DNA of 64,000 nucleotides from a bacterium (lineage in GTDB: Bacteria; UBA8248), in contig JAJEJD010000019.1 in the NCBI GenBank assembly GCA_022828125.1, positions 78,875-142,874 on the forward strand, written 5' to 3'. Below the pieces are notes generated by a model that saw nothing but the letters and a program-made list of their open reading frames with translations, was not told the DNA's origin and did not search any database. Shown one piece after another: positions 53,861 to 62,023 of the stretch. Each line of letters begins with the position of its first letter. The first letter of the stretch is position 1. The translations under genes and the position numbers were made by a program.

Positions 53861-55588
53861 TTACTCAGCCTTCCACGAGCCGAACGAGCCAAGAATGCTC
53901 ACGGGCGTATTTCCGCCGCCCGTAGCGGCGAAGGTGCCGGCCGCTGTCGTGGGGTATTCGGTTCGAGCCGCCATGGAATCCGCGGCCTCTTCGTTCGGGC
54001 CGTAGAACTGGCCGCCCCACATGCCTTTCAGCAATTGGCCTCCCACGGTGCCCTCGGCGGCGCCATCGAAGCCGCCTGTGCTGTCGCCGTTCTCTGCGCC
54101 CGCGATGACGGGCGCCCTCTTGAGCTCCAGCATGCCGGCCACATCCATGCCGCCGGCCCTGATGCCTGAGACGCTTCCGGTTACGGCGCCTATGAGCAGT
54201 CCGTCATTTTCGTCGGCGTTGCCGGTTGCCGGAGTGGAATCAGCCCCGACGGTGCCGCCGAAGTTGGCCGTCAGGCTCACGTCCGCGTCAAAGTACTCGA
54301 CCATGCCGCCCGCCGAATACATGCCCGTCGCGACGCCGTTATACGTCGCCGTGCCCGTGAGTTCGGCCCTGACCTGGAACGCGTCGCTGCCGCTCGCGAA
54401 TGCGCCGGCAACGGCCAAGTCCGTGGCTTCCGTAGCGTCCGGAACCGTCAGCCAGACGCCCCAGGCCAGATAGTCGGCGTCGAGCACTGGAGACGTGCCG
54501 GAAGCGATGGGCTGGAACGTATAGCCCTGAAGCGCCACGATAGCGCCCTTGTCGTCGACGCTGATCGAGCAGGCGGTGCCTGCGACGCAGTTGAACCGCC
54601 CCGTCTCCGTCGGGATGTTGTCGGTAGCGGACACGTTACGCGTCCCCGTGAAGGTTTTGCCGTTCCCTGGAATATCGCCCGTGATGATATGGCCTACTGC
54701 CAAGGCGGTAGCGCTATCAGCTCCATAATTCTGCCTCATCATGGGCGCCTGGATGTCCGTGTAGACGTTGACGTAGGTGTCGGAAGCGGCATTCTCCAGC
54801 AACTCTCTGCCCATCCAGTCCCCACGGGTCGTCAGCAACGCCGGGGTTTCGCCTCTCTGCAACGCGGTGCCGACGCCGGCTACTGTGATTGTAGGTCCAT
54901 TCGCGCCGTGAGCCACCGTTGCGCTGGCGGCCGGGGGGCCTTGAGAAACGCTTCCGGCTTCAACACCGGGACCATCAGTTACAGCGGTTTGTTCGGCGGC
55001 TTCACCGGCCACCGTTGCCAACTCCGTGCCGACTCTCGTCGCGTTGGAAACGGCTTTGGGCGCTTCCCGACCCTCGAGTACGGCATTGTCGATGGCCGCC
55101 TGGTTGGTGATCTTGTTCGCCAGCTTGGTCAGACCCAGGCCGCGCTCGCCGGCCGCTTCCATCGCCTTGTCGCGGGCCGCTTCGGCCGCCATCTGGTGCT
55201 CCATGGCCATTGCGGAAGTCGCCGCCGCCTGCGCAGCCGTGTTGGCTTCAGCTGCCATCGCCGCGTACGAGTGCGCGTTGCTGGCCGCCACGGGGTCTTT
55301 CGCGCCGTATACGGCCATCATCGCCGCCGAAGCCGCCGCCGCGGCCGCGTCCTGCGCGCCGCTCAGGGCCATCTCTTCGGCAAGATCCGCAGCGGAGGTG
55401 CAGGAACCGTCCGCGTTATACCGGCCACCGTCACCCTCGCACATTTCCTGCGCGGAAGGTGGTTCCGGCATCGGCATCGGTTCCTCTTCAACGGCAGCCG
55501 TTCCGCCGCCGCCGCAGCCGGCCAGCGTCAGCGCGAAGGCCGCCGCCAGCATGAATGAAAAGATTTTGTTGCCAGTGAGTTTCATCAC
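53861..55588 (-). CDS. Surface lipoprotein with TbpB/fHbp-like C-terminal beta-barrel (paralog 2)
   Basis: Lipobox LTLAGCGGGG. Shares with paralog 1 a Cys-x(n)-Cys loop just after the lipobox, YF(E/D)ADV(T/S)LTA(E/N)F, DYL(L/A)xG(I/V)W and the C-terminal G(Q/M)WxGQF(F/Y)G...GTF(Y/A)AT...GSF motifs. Confidence 0.6.
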   Translation of the reverse strand: MMKLTGNKIFSFMLAAAFALTLAGCGGGGTAAVEEEPMPMPEPPSAQEMCEGDGGRYNADGSCTSAADLAEEMALSGAQDAAAAAASAAMMAVYGAKDPVAASNAHSYAAMAAEANTAAQAAATSAMAMEHQMAAEAARDKAMEAAGERGLGLTKLANKITNQAAIDNAVLEGREAPKAVSNATRVGTELATVAGEAAEQTAVTDGPGVEAGSVSQGPPAASATVAHGANGPTITVAGVGTALQRGETPALLTTRGDWMGRELLENAASDTYVNVYTDIQAPMMRQNYGADSATALAVGHIITGDIPGNGKTFTGTRNVSATDNIPTETGRFNCVAGTACSISVDDKGAIVALQGYTFQPIASGTSPVLDADYLAWGVWLTVPDATEATDLAVAGAFASGSDAFQVRAELTGTATYNGVATGMYSAGGMVEYFDADVSLTANFGGTVGADSTPATGNADENDGLLIGAVTGSVSGIRAGGMDVAGMLELKRAPVIAGAENGDSTGGFDGAAEGTVGGQLLKGMWGGQFYGPNEEAADSMAARTEYPTTAAGTFAATGGGNTPVSILGSFGSWKAE

Positions 55589-55796
55589 TTTTGAGTCCTC
55601 CTAGTCTCGTGATATTAAAGAGCTTTGCAACCAACAAAACTTTGAAGTGTTCGGATTCGACCTCCTTTCTTTGACTTTCCGATATTTCATTTCATTCCGT
55701 TATCGGGCTTCTATCGTTTCATCGAATCATCAACCGGGGCCGGAGCGCGCGGCCGCCGGCCCGGACTCACGCGCCCGGGCCGGTGACCGGCTTATC

Positions 55797-56142
55797 CACG
55801 AGACTGGTGTGGGATTCTTGGCGTTCTTCATGATGGTTAGAGTCCTCCAGCCCCGCGATAAAAAACTTCCTGGCCCCTGGCCGAATTTTTCGTTTCAGGC
55901 TCCTGCCGGGCCTTTCCTTGAATCGATCACGAGTCTGGAGAGGGATTTGTGGCGTGGTTCATCATGAGTTGAGTCCTCTAGCCTCGTGATATTTCGTCTT
56001 CCGGCTCTCGCCGGGCTTGCCGTTCCCGCCTGAGCGCCGCCGAGTGCACGGGCCGCCGGGCTTTCCGGTTCACGAGACTGGAGGGGGATTGGTGGCGTGG
56101 TTCGCCGTGGGTTGAGTCCTCTGGCCTCGTGATGTTTGCTGC
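55797..56142 (-). repeat. Three tandem ~140-bp repeat units, each reproducing the 5' leader/RBS/start-codon region of the downstream lipoprotein gene (bounded by TCACGAG...CTCGTGA inverted ends)
   Basis: Units at 55797-55859, 55928-55990 and 56083-56142 match the genuine leader at 55590-55620 (ATCACGAGACTAGGAGGACTCAAAAGTGATG on the coding strand). Two units carry mini-ORFs (MMNHATNPSPDS, MKNAKNPTPVSW...). Confidence 0.6.
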
Positions 56143-56527
56143 AAGCGCCCGGCTAGTTACTGGGTCGTCGTCTTCCGGGCCGTCAAGTTACTTGAGCGAA
56201 CAATCTACACCCCGGGGTTCCCGCTCTCTCCGTCTTTCGGGAGAAATCCGCGTTGCATGGAGCGGGCGGCCCTGAGGGCGACTACTCACGTCTATTGCTT
56301 GACATATATGATAGTGCGGCAAGCTTTCCGCTTTTGTCAACCCTTTATTTCAACTTGCGCGCAACTTGCATTCCGTTCCGGGCGGTTCGGGTATGGTTCG
56401 ATTATGAACCATCGGGGATCGGGGGTCAAACGGGATTGGGGAGGGAGCGTTTGACCCGATTGAGGAATGAGGGTTTGACGGGATTGGGGAGGGGCTGTTG
56501 AAAAAGTCCCGTGGAGCGATTTGGGCT

Positions 56528-56700
56528 GAGCGCACGCTTTTGAAGTTCACTCCCCCCTTGAGGGGGAGTCACAGAGGCCGAGCGGTTTGTGCGAAGGCTG
56601 AATCGGTGGGGGGACATGCCACAGAAAAGCTCCCCCCACCGAGTCAGCCTTCACCTGTCGGTTCGGCTTCCTCGACTCCCCCTCAAGGGGGGAGTGAATT
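56528..56700. mobile_element. MITE family B copy (with conserved left flank GCGCACGCTTTTGAAGTT)
   Basis: Same termini and flank as 48824-49012. Confidence 0.7.
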
Positions 56701-56793
56701 TCTTCTCTACTCTGTCGACAACTTCCCGCAAGGCGTTGTTGAAAAAGGCCACATTTCAGGGGTAGAGGAGAAGCCCCTCTCGCCTGGAAAAGC

Positions 56794-56845
56794 AACCCCC
56801 CCTACCCCCCCTTGTCAGGGGGGTATAAAAAGGCGATGCCCACCG
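56794..56845. mobile_element. Solo end of MITE family A
   Basis: AACCCCCCCTACCCCCCCTTGTCAGGGGGGTATAAAAAGGCGATGCC. Confidence 0.6.
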
Positions 56846-56862
56846 ATGAGAGAGAAGAGAAT

Positions 56863-57080
56863 CACTCCCCCCTTGAGGGTTATTACCAAAGAAACAAGAA
56901 GGGAATTCACTCCCCCCTTGAGGGGGAGTCGAAGAGCTGAGGGCGTAAGCCCGAAAGCGATTCGGTGGGGGGAGTTTTTTTGTGGCATGTCCCCCCACCG
57001 ATTCAGCCTTCGCACAAACCGCTCGGCTTCATCGTCTGGCTTTCCCCTCGGGAAGCCAGACCCTCAAGGGGGGAGTTGAT
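56863..57080. mobile_element. Composite/nested MITE family B copy (duplicated left terminus)
   Basis: Two CACTCCCCCCTTGAGGG left ends 45 nt apart, then the perfectly palindromic core GCCGAGCGGTTTGTGCGAAGGC. Confidence 0.65.
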
Positions 57081-57139
57081 TTTCTCTCTCGTCGGTCGGT
57101 TACATGCGACAAATCCAGAGTTCCGGGGTTTTTCAACAA

Positions 57140-57302
57140 CCCCCTTGTCAGGGATAAAGGCCCCCCCCCTACCCCCCTTGACAGGGGGGCATGAAAAAGC
57201 AAAACCCTGGCCCGGTGGTGGGCGTCGCCTTTTTTCATATCCCCCACATGCCGGGGCGTCGGCCTTTTTTACCCCCCTGTCAAGGGGGGGTAGGGGGGGT
57301 TG
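57140..57302. mobile_element. Full-length MITE family A copy
   Basis: Both TIRs present. Internal palindrome GCAAAACCCTGGCCCGG...CCGGGGCGTCGGCC. Confidence 0.7.
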
Positions 57303-57563
57303 ATTTCATCAATCACGTTTCCCGTAGGAGCGGGGTGCCCGCCCGTTGTTGATATACGACCCTGGGACGCAGGACAGGCACGGAGGCCTGTCCCTACGGG
57401 ATCGAACCCGATTGATGCGGGAGGGATTCGTCGTAAAAACCCCCTACCCCCCTTCCCGCCGTTGTTGTAAGATGTCCCTCTCGGCCCGGGGGCGGCGCGG
57501 GTCTTGTAACCGCATTTGTATGCCACCGCATCCCGAGGCCGGGGGTTTTCGGGAGAATCCGAC

Positions 57564-58526
57564 ATGGCTCCCCCGCCCGACATTCCGGACCGCCTGCTCG
57601 TCGCCGTCGGCGGCAACGCGACCCACCCGCCCGAGATACGCGGCACCGCGGCGGAACAGGCCGCCATCGCCGCAGCGACCGGCCGCGCCCTGCTCCCGCT
57701 TCTGCAACTCCAGAACGAACTCATCATCACGCACGGGAACGGTCCCGTGGTCGGCAAGATACTCATGCGCCAGGCGGTATCGAGCGAGCAGGTGACGCCG
57801 ATGACGCTCGACATCTGCGTCGCCCACAGCCAGGGGGGCATCGCCTATCTCCTCATGCAGGCGTTCGAGAACGCGTTAAGACGCGCAGGGGATCCCCGCC
57901 ACGTGGTCTGCCTGCTGACGCAGGTGGAGGTCGACCCGGCGGACCCGGCCTTCGACGCGCCGACCAAGTTCGTGGGCTACACCTACACGGAAGAAGAGGC
58001 GAGGCGGTATGAACGCGAGATGGGCTGGACGTTCAAAGAAGACGGCGGCCGCGGCTGGCGGCACGTCGTCGCATCCCCAAAGCCTAAACACATCGTGGAC
58101 ATCTCGCTCATCGAGACGATCGCCAAAAGCGGCGCGGTCGTGATAGCGGGCGGCGGCGGGGGCATCCCCGTCGTGCGGGAAGCGGACGGGGCGCGGCGCG
58201 GACTCGCCGCCGTCATCGACAAGGATTTGACGTCCGCCCTCATGGCGAACGTCCTGGGGATCGAGACGATGATGATCCTGACCGCCGTGCCGAGGGTGGC
58301 GATCCACTTCGGGACGCCCGAGCAAAGAGAGCTGGATATGGTGTCGCTCGACGAGATCAAGAGATACCACGCCCAGGGCCACTTCCCGCCCGGCAGCATG
58401 GGCCCCAAGATAGAGGCGGCGATCCGCTTTCTGGAAGGCGGCGGCGAGCGGGTGCACATCGCCGCGCTGGAAGACGCCGTCCCCGCCCTGAGGGGTGATG
58501 CGGGGACGTGTGTGTATAAGAGGTAA
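57564..58526 (+). CDS. arcC: Carbamate kinase family protein
   Basis: Start at MAPPPDIPDRLLVAVGGNA. Amino-acid kinase fold motifs VAVGGNA, ITHGNGPQVG-like ITHGNGPVVG, GGGGGIPV. Confidence 0.8.
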   Translation: MAPPPDIPDRLLVAVGGNATHPPEIRGTAAEQAAIAAATGRALLPLLQLQNELIITHGNGPVVGKILMRQAVSSEQVTPMTLDICVAHSQGGIAYLLMQAFENALRRAGDPRHVVCLLTQVEVDPADPAFDAPTKFVGYTYTEEEARRYEREMGWTFKEDGGRGWRHVVASPKPKHIVDISLIETIAKSGAVVIAGGGGGIPVVREADGARRGLAAVIDKDLTSALMANVLGIETMMILTAVPRVAIHFGTPEQRELDMVSLDEIKRYHAQGHFPPGSMGPKIEAAIRFLEGGGERVHIAALEDAVPALRGDAGTCVYKR

Positions 58527-58607
58527 GGATGGGCGGTTTTGGTTCGTCATTCCGGCCTTGAGCCGGAATGACGGCGGTGGGCAATCGCGATTGATGAGGG
58601 AGGAATA

Positions 58608-58762
58608 CACTCCCCCCTTGAGGGGGAGTCACAGAGGCCGAGCGGTTTGTGCGAAGGCCGATGTGGTGGGGGGAGATTTATTCTGTGGCATGTCCCCCCA
58701 CCGATTCGGTTTCGGGTTTACACCCTCACCTCATCGACTCCCCCTCAAGGGGGGAGTGAATC
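58608..58762. mobile_element. MITE family B copy
   Basis: As above. Confidence 0.7.
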
Positions 58763-58896
58763 CTTCTCTTCGTCGGCGGGGAATTCCCTCCAAGGGGGAG
58801 CGACTTCGGACAGGCACGGAGGCCTGTCCCTACGATTCCTCCCGCGTCAATCGCGTTTCACCTGTAGGGGGTTGTTGAAAAAACCTGTGTAAAAAA

Positions 58897-59046
58897 ACCA
58901 CCCCCCCCTACCCCCCCTTGACAGGGGGGTAAGAAAAAGCAAAACCCCTGGCCCGGCGGCGGGCGTCGTCTTTTTTCATATCCTCCACTTGCCGGGGCGG
59001 CGGCCTTTTTATACCCCCCTGTCAAGGGGGGGTAGGGGGGGTTGGT
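58897..59046. mobile_element. Full-length MITE family A copy
   Basis: Near-identical to 57140-57302. Confidence 0.7.
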
Positions 59047-59223
59047 TTTCAAGGCGAAAGGGTACGACCCCGGACAGGTCGCGACCTGCCCCTACAAAAC
59101 CCTCCTCTTATTATATACACCCCCTTTGCACACCCTCTCCCTGCGGTGCTACGTTTTTCCCCATAAAAATTCCGGTATCCACGAGCGCGCAGGCGCGCGC
59201 CTTTTCAAAAGGGGGGACGCAAG

Positions 59224-60327
59224 ATGCAGGCCGACCTGTTCCGCGTGGCGATGGACTCGCCCGACGACATCTCAGGGGTCGCCGCTCTCATCGAGGGGGG
59301 CGAATGCCGGGCGGAGGACGTCGTCGGCATCATGGGCAAGACCGAGGGCAACGGCTGCGTGAACGATTTCTCGCGCGGGTTCAGCAACTTCGTCCTGCTC
59401 GATTATTTCTCGCGCGCGATGGGCAAGAGCCGCGAGGAGGTGGAGGCGCAGATCGCCCTCATCATGTCCGGCGGAACCGAAGGCGTCATGTGCCCGCACT
59501 TCTCCGTGTTCACGAAGTCGGAGAACGGCGCGGGCGACGGGCGCGCCAAGCGCCTCGCCATCGCCTCGGGCCACACGGCGGATTTTTTCCCTGAGGAGAT
59601 GGGCCGGATGGCGCAGGTGCGCGCGACGGCGGACCTCGTGCGGAGGCTGATGGAAGAGGCGCAGATCGAGAGCGCGGCGGATCTCCACTTCGTCCAGGTG
59701 AAGTGCCCGCTCCTGACGGGCGAGCGCATGGCGGACGCGGCGAAGCGCGGGAAGAGCGTCTGCACGGAGGACACGTATAAGTCGATGGGCTACTCGCGCG
59801 GGGCTTCGGCGCTGGGGGTGGCCCTGGCGGCGGGCGAGGTGGCCGAAAGCGCGTTGAGCGACGAGGTGATTTGCAGGGACTGGTCGCTCCAATCGGGCGT
59901 CGCCTCGACCTCGGCGGGCATCGAGCTCATGTGCAACGAGGCGATGGTGATCGGCAACAGCGCGGCCTGGGGCGGGGACCTCGTCGTCGGCCACAGCGTG
60001 ATGGAAGACGCCATCGACAGGGATGCCGTGCGCGAGGCCATCGTGAACGCAGGGGTGGCGTTCGAGTGGTCGCTCACGCCCGAGCAGCGCGCGCGCGTCG
60101 TGAACGTCTTCGCCAAGTGCGAGGCCTCCCCCGACGGGCTGGTGCGCGGGCGGCGGCACACGATGCTCGACGACTCGGACATCAACAACACGCGCCACGC
60201 GCGCTCGGTGGTGAACGCGGTGGTGTCCTCTATCGTCGGCGACACGATGACCTACGTCTCGGGCGGGGCCGAGCACCAGGGCCCTCCCGGCGGCGGCCCC
60301 GTCGCGGCGGTCGTAAGGGCGGGGTAG
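59224..60327 (+). CDS. Ring-opening amidohydrolase of the cyanuric acid amidohydrolase / barbiturase (AtzD/TrzD) family
   Basis: 367 aa. N-terminus ...GKTEGNGCVNDFSRG and the internal threefold repeat architecture are characteristic of this family. Confidence 0.6.
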   Translation: MQADLFRVAMDSPDDISGVAALIEGGECRAEDVVGIMGKTEGNGCVNDFSRGFSNFVLLDYFSRAMGKSREEVEAQIALIMSGGTEGVMCPHFSVFTKSENGAGDGRAKRLAIASGHTADFFPEEMGRMAQVRATADLVRRLMEEAQIESAADLHFVQVKCPLLTGERMADAAKRGKSVCTEDTYKSMGYSRGASALGVALAAGEVAESALSDEVICRDWSLQSGVASTSAGIELMCNEAMVIGNSAAWGGDLVVGHSVMEDAIDRDAVREAIVNAGVAFEWSLTPEQRARVVNVFAKCEASPDGLVRGRRHTMLDDSDINNTRHARSVVNAVVSSIVGDTMTYVSGGAEHQGPPGGGPVAAVVRAG

Positions 60328-60357
60328 GGGGGGGCCGCTACCAGCGAGATATGCAAT

Positions 60358-60853
60358 CACTCCCCCCTTGAGGGGGAGTCGAAGAGGCCGAGCCATTGGG
60401 CGAAGGCCGATTCGGTGGGGGGTAAAACGAGATGGGTGAAAGCGGACGTCAATACAATCCCCGGCATTTGGGAAACGCCCGCGCCCTCCGCCGTGATCAC
60501 ACCGACGCTGAAGGGTTGCTGTGGAGTCGCCTGCGCGACAAACAGATCGATGGCCACAAATTCCGCCGCCAGCAACCGATAGGTCCGTATATCGCGGATT
60601 TCGCGTGCATGACGGAAAAACTGCTGATCGAACTCGACGGCGGAGGCCATGCGGAGCAAAAAGCAAAGGACCGCCGGCGCGAAGAATATCTGCGGCGCAG
60701 TGGTTATCGCGTGCTGCGTTTCTGGAATACGGAGGTCTTTGAGAATCTTTCCGGTGTTCTGGAAAGAGTGCGAGAAGCGCTAGCAGACCCCCCCACCGAT
60801 TCAGCCTTCGCATAAATCGCTCGGCTTCATCGACTCCCCCTCAAGGGGGGAGT
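60358..60853 (+). mobile_element. Full-length family B element carrying a DUF559 endonuclease gene (putative autonomous progenitor of the family B MITEs)
   Basis: Left end CACTCCCCCCTTGAGGGGGAGTCGAAGAGGCCGAGC...GGTGGGGGG and right end CCCCCCACCGATTCAGCCTTCGCA...GACTCCCCCTCAAGGGGGGAGTG are the same arms that abut directly in the MITE copies. Confidence 0.65.
60432..60815 (+). CDS. DUF559 (Vsr/Mrr-like PD-(D/E)xK) endonuclease-domain protein
   Basis: 127 aa. ...AEGLLWSRLRDKQIDGHKFRRQQPIGPYIADFACMTEKLLIELDGGGHAEQKAKDRRREEYLRRSGYRVLRFWNTEV is the canonical DUF559 pattern. Confidence 0.8.
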   Translation: MGESGRQYNPRHLGNARALRRDHTDAEGLLWSRLRDKQIDGHKFRRQQPIGPYIADFACMTEKLLIELDGGGHAEQKAKDRRREEYLRRSGYRVLRFWNTEVFENLSGVLERVREALADPPTDSAFA

Positions 60854-60957
60854 GATTTTATCTCTGCTTGGTCGACAAAACCTACAGAGGTCCCCCCTTC
60901 GGACAGGGGCGGAGGCCTGTCCGCTACGAATGGAACCTGTTTGAACAGAGAAGAACC

Positions 60958-62022
60958 CTACCCCGCCCTCACATTCCGCCGCGCCTGCACGAAGACGACC
61001 GTGAGGACGATGATGGCCTGGAAGACGAACACGGCGGCGCCGGGGAGGCCGATGCTGCGCTGTAAGGAATCCGACCCCGAGACGAGGACGGCGAACACGG
61101 CGGCGGCTATAGTGACGCCGAGCGGGTTGTTGCGCCCGATGACGGCGATGAGGATGGCCATCGCCCCGTAGTTGGGCGCGCCCTCAGCGCCGCTGATGCC
61201 CAATAACAGGCTCTGGTGGAAGCCCGAGACCTCGATGGCGCCCGCGAGGCCCGAGAGCGCGCCGCAGGTCGGCATGATGATGAGCGTGACGCGCGCGACG
61301 TTGATGCCGCCGAAGCGCGCGGCGCGGGGGTTGTCGCCCACCGCGCGTATCTCGTAACCCGCGATGGTGCGCGTCATGAAGAAGTACATGCCGACCGCCG
61401 CCACGAGCGCGATGATGAAGCCCGCGTGCGCGCCGGCCCTCGGCATCACCTGCGGCAGCACGGAGGCGTCGGGGATGGGGAGCGAGATGGCCTCGCCCGC
61501 CAGCGGGTCGTTCCAGGGGCCGTTCGCGAGGTAGTCCACGAGGTAGAGCGCCACGAAGTTCAGCATGACCGTCACGAATATCTCGCTCACCTGGAAGCGC
61601 ACGCGCAGGATGCCGGGGATGAAGCCCCAGAACCACCCGCCGAGGATTCCGCCCAGCAGTCCCAGCGGGACGAAGACCGGCCAGGGGAGGTTCATGCCTT
61701 CCAGGGCGAAGGCCGTGCCCGTCATGCCGATGGCGCCCGCGTATATCTGCCCGTCCACGCCGATGTTGAAGTGGCCGCCGCGCATCCCGAAGGCCACCGC
61801 GAGCGAGGCGAGAAGCAGCGGGGAGAACTTGTTGAGCGTCTGCGCGAATCCGCCCCACGTGCCGAGCGAGGAGCGAAGCACCGTCCCGAGCGCCACGAGC
61901 ACGTCGCCGCCGAAGGCGACGATGAAGACGGCCCCGCAGGCGAGCGCCAGCGCCCCCGCCGCCGCGTAGGTGACGGCGAACTCCATCGCGACTTTTTTCT
62001 TCTCGCTCACGCCCGCCGCCAT
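60958..62022 (-). CDS. ABC transporter permease (BMP-family nucleoside/simple-sugar type)
   Basis: 354 aa, about 9 TM helices. Confidence 0.85.
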   Translation of the reverse strand: MAAGVSEKKKVAMEFAVTYAAAGALALACGAVFIVAFGGDVLVALGTVLRSSLGTWGGFAQTLNKFSPLLLASLAVAFGMRGGHFNIGVDGQIYAGAIGMTGTAFALEGMNLPWPVFVPLGLLGGILGGWFWGFIPGILRVRFQVSEIFVTVMLNFVALYLVDYLANGPWNDPLAGEAISLPIPDASVLPQVMPRAGAHAGFIIALVAAVGMYFFMTRTIAGYEIRAVGDNPRAARFGGINVARVTLIIMPTCGALSGLAGAIEVSGFHQSLLLGISGAEGAPNYGAMAILIAVIGRNNPLGVTIAAAVFAVLVSGSDSLQRSIGLPGAAVFVFQAIIVLTVVFVQARRNVRAG

Positions 62023-62023
62023 C

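Noticed and set aside
56395-56500. Possible CRISPR array
   Set aside because: Only three degenerate 16-23-bp repeats with no regular spacers. No cas genes in the window.
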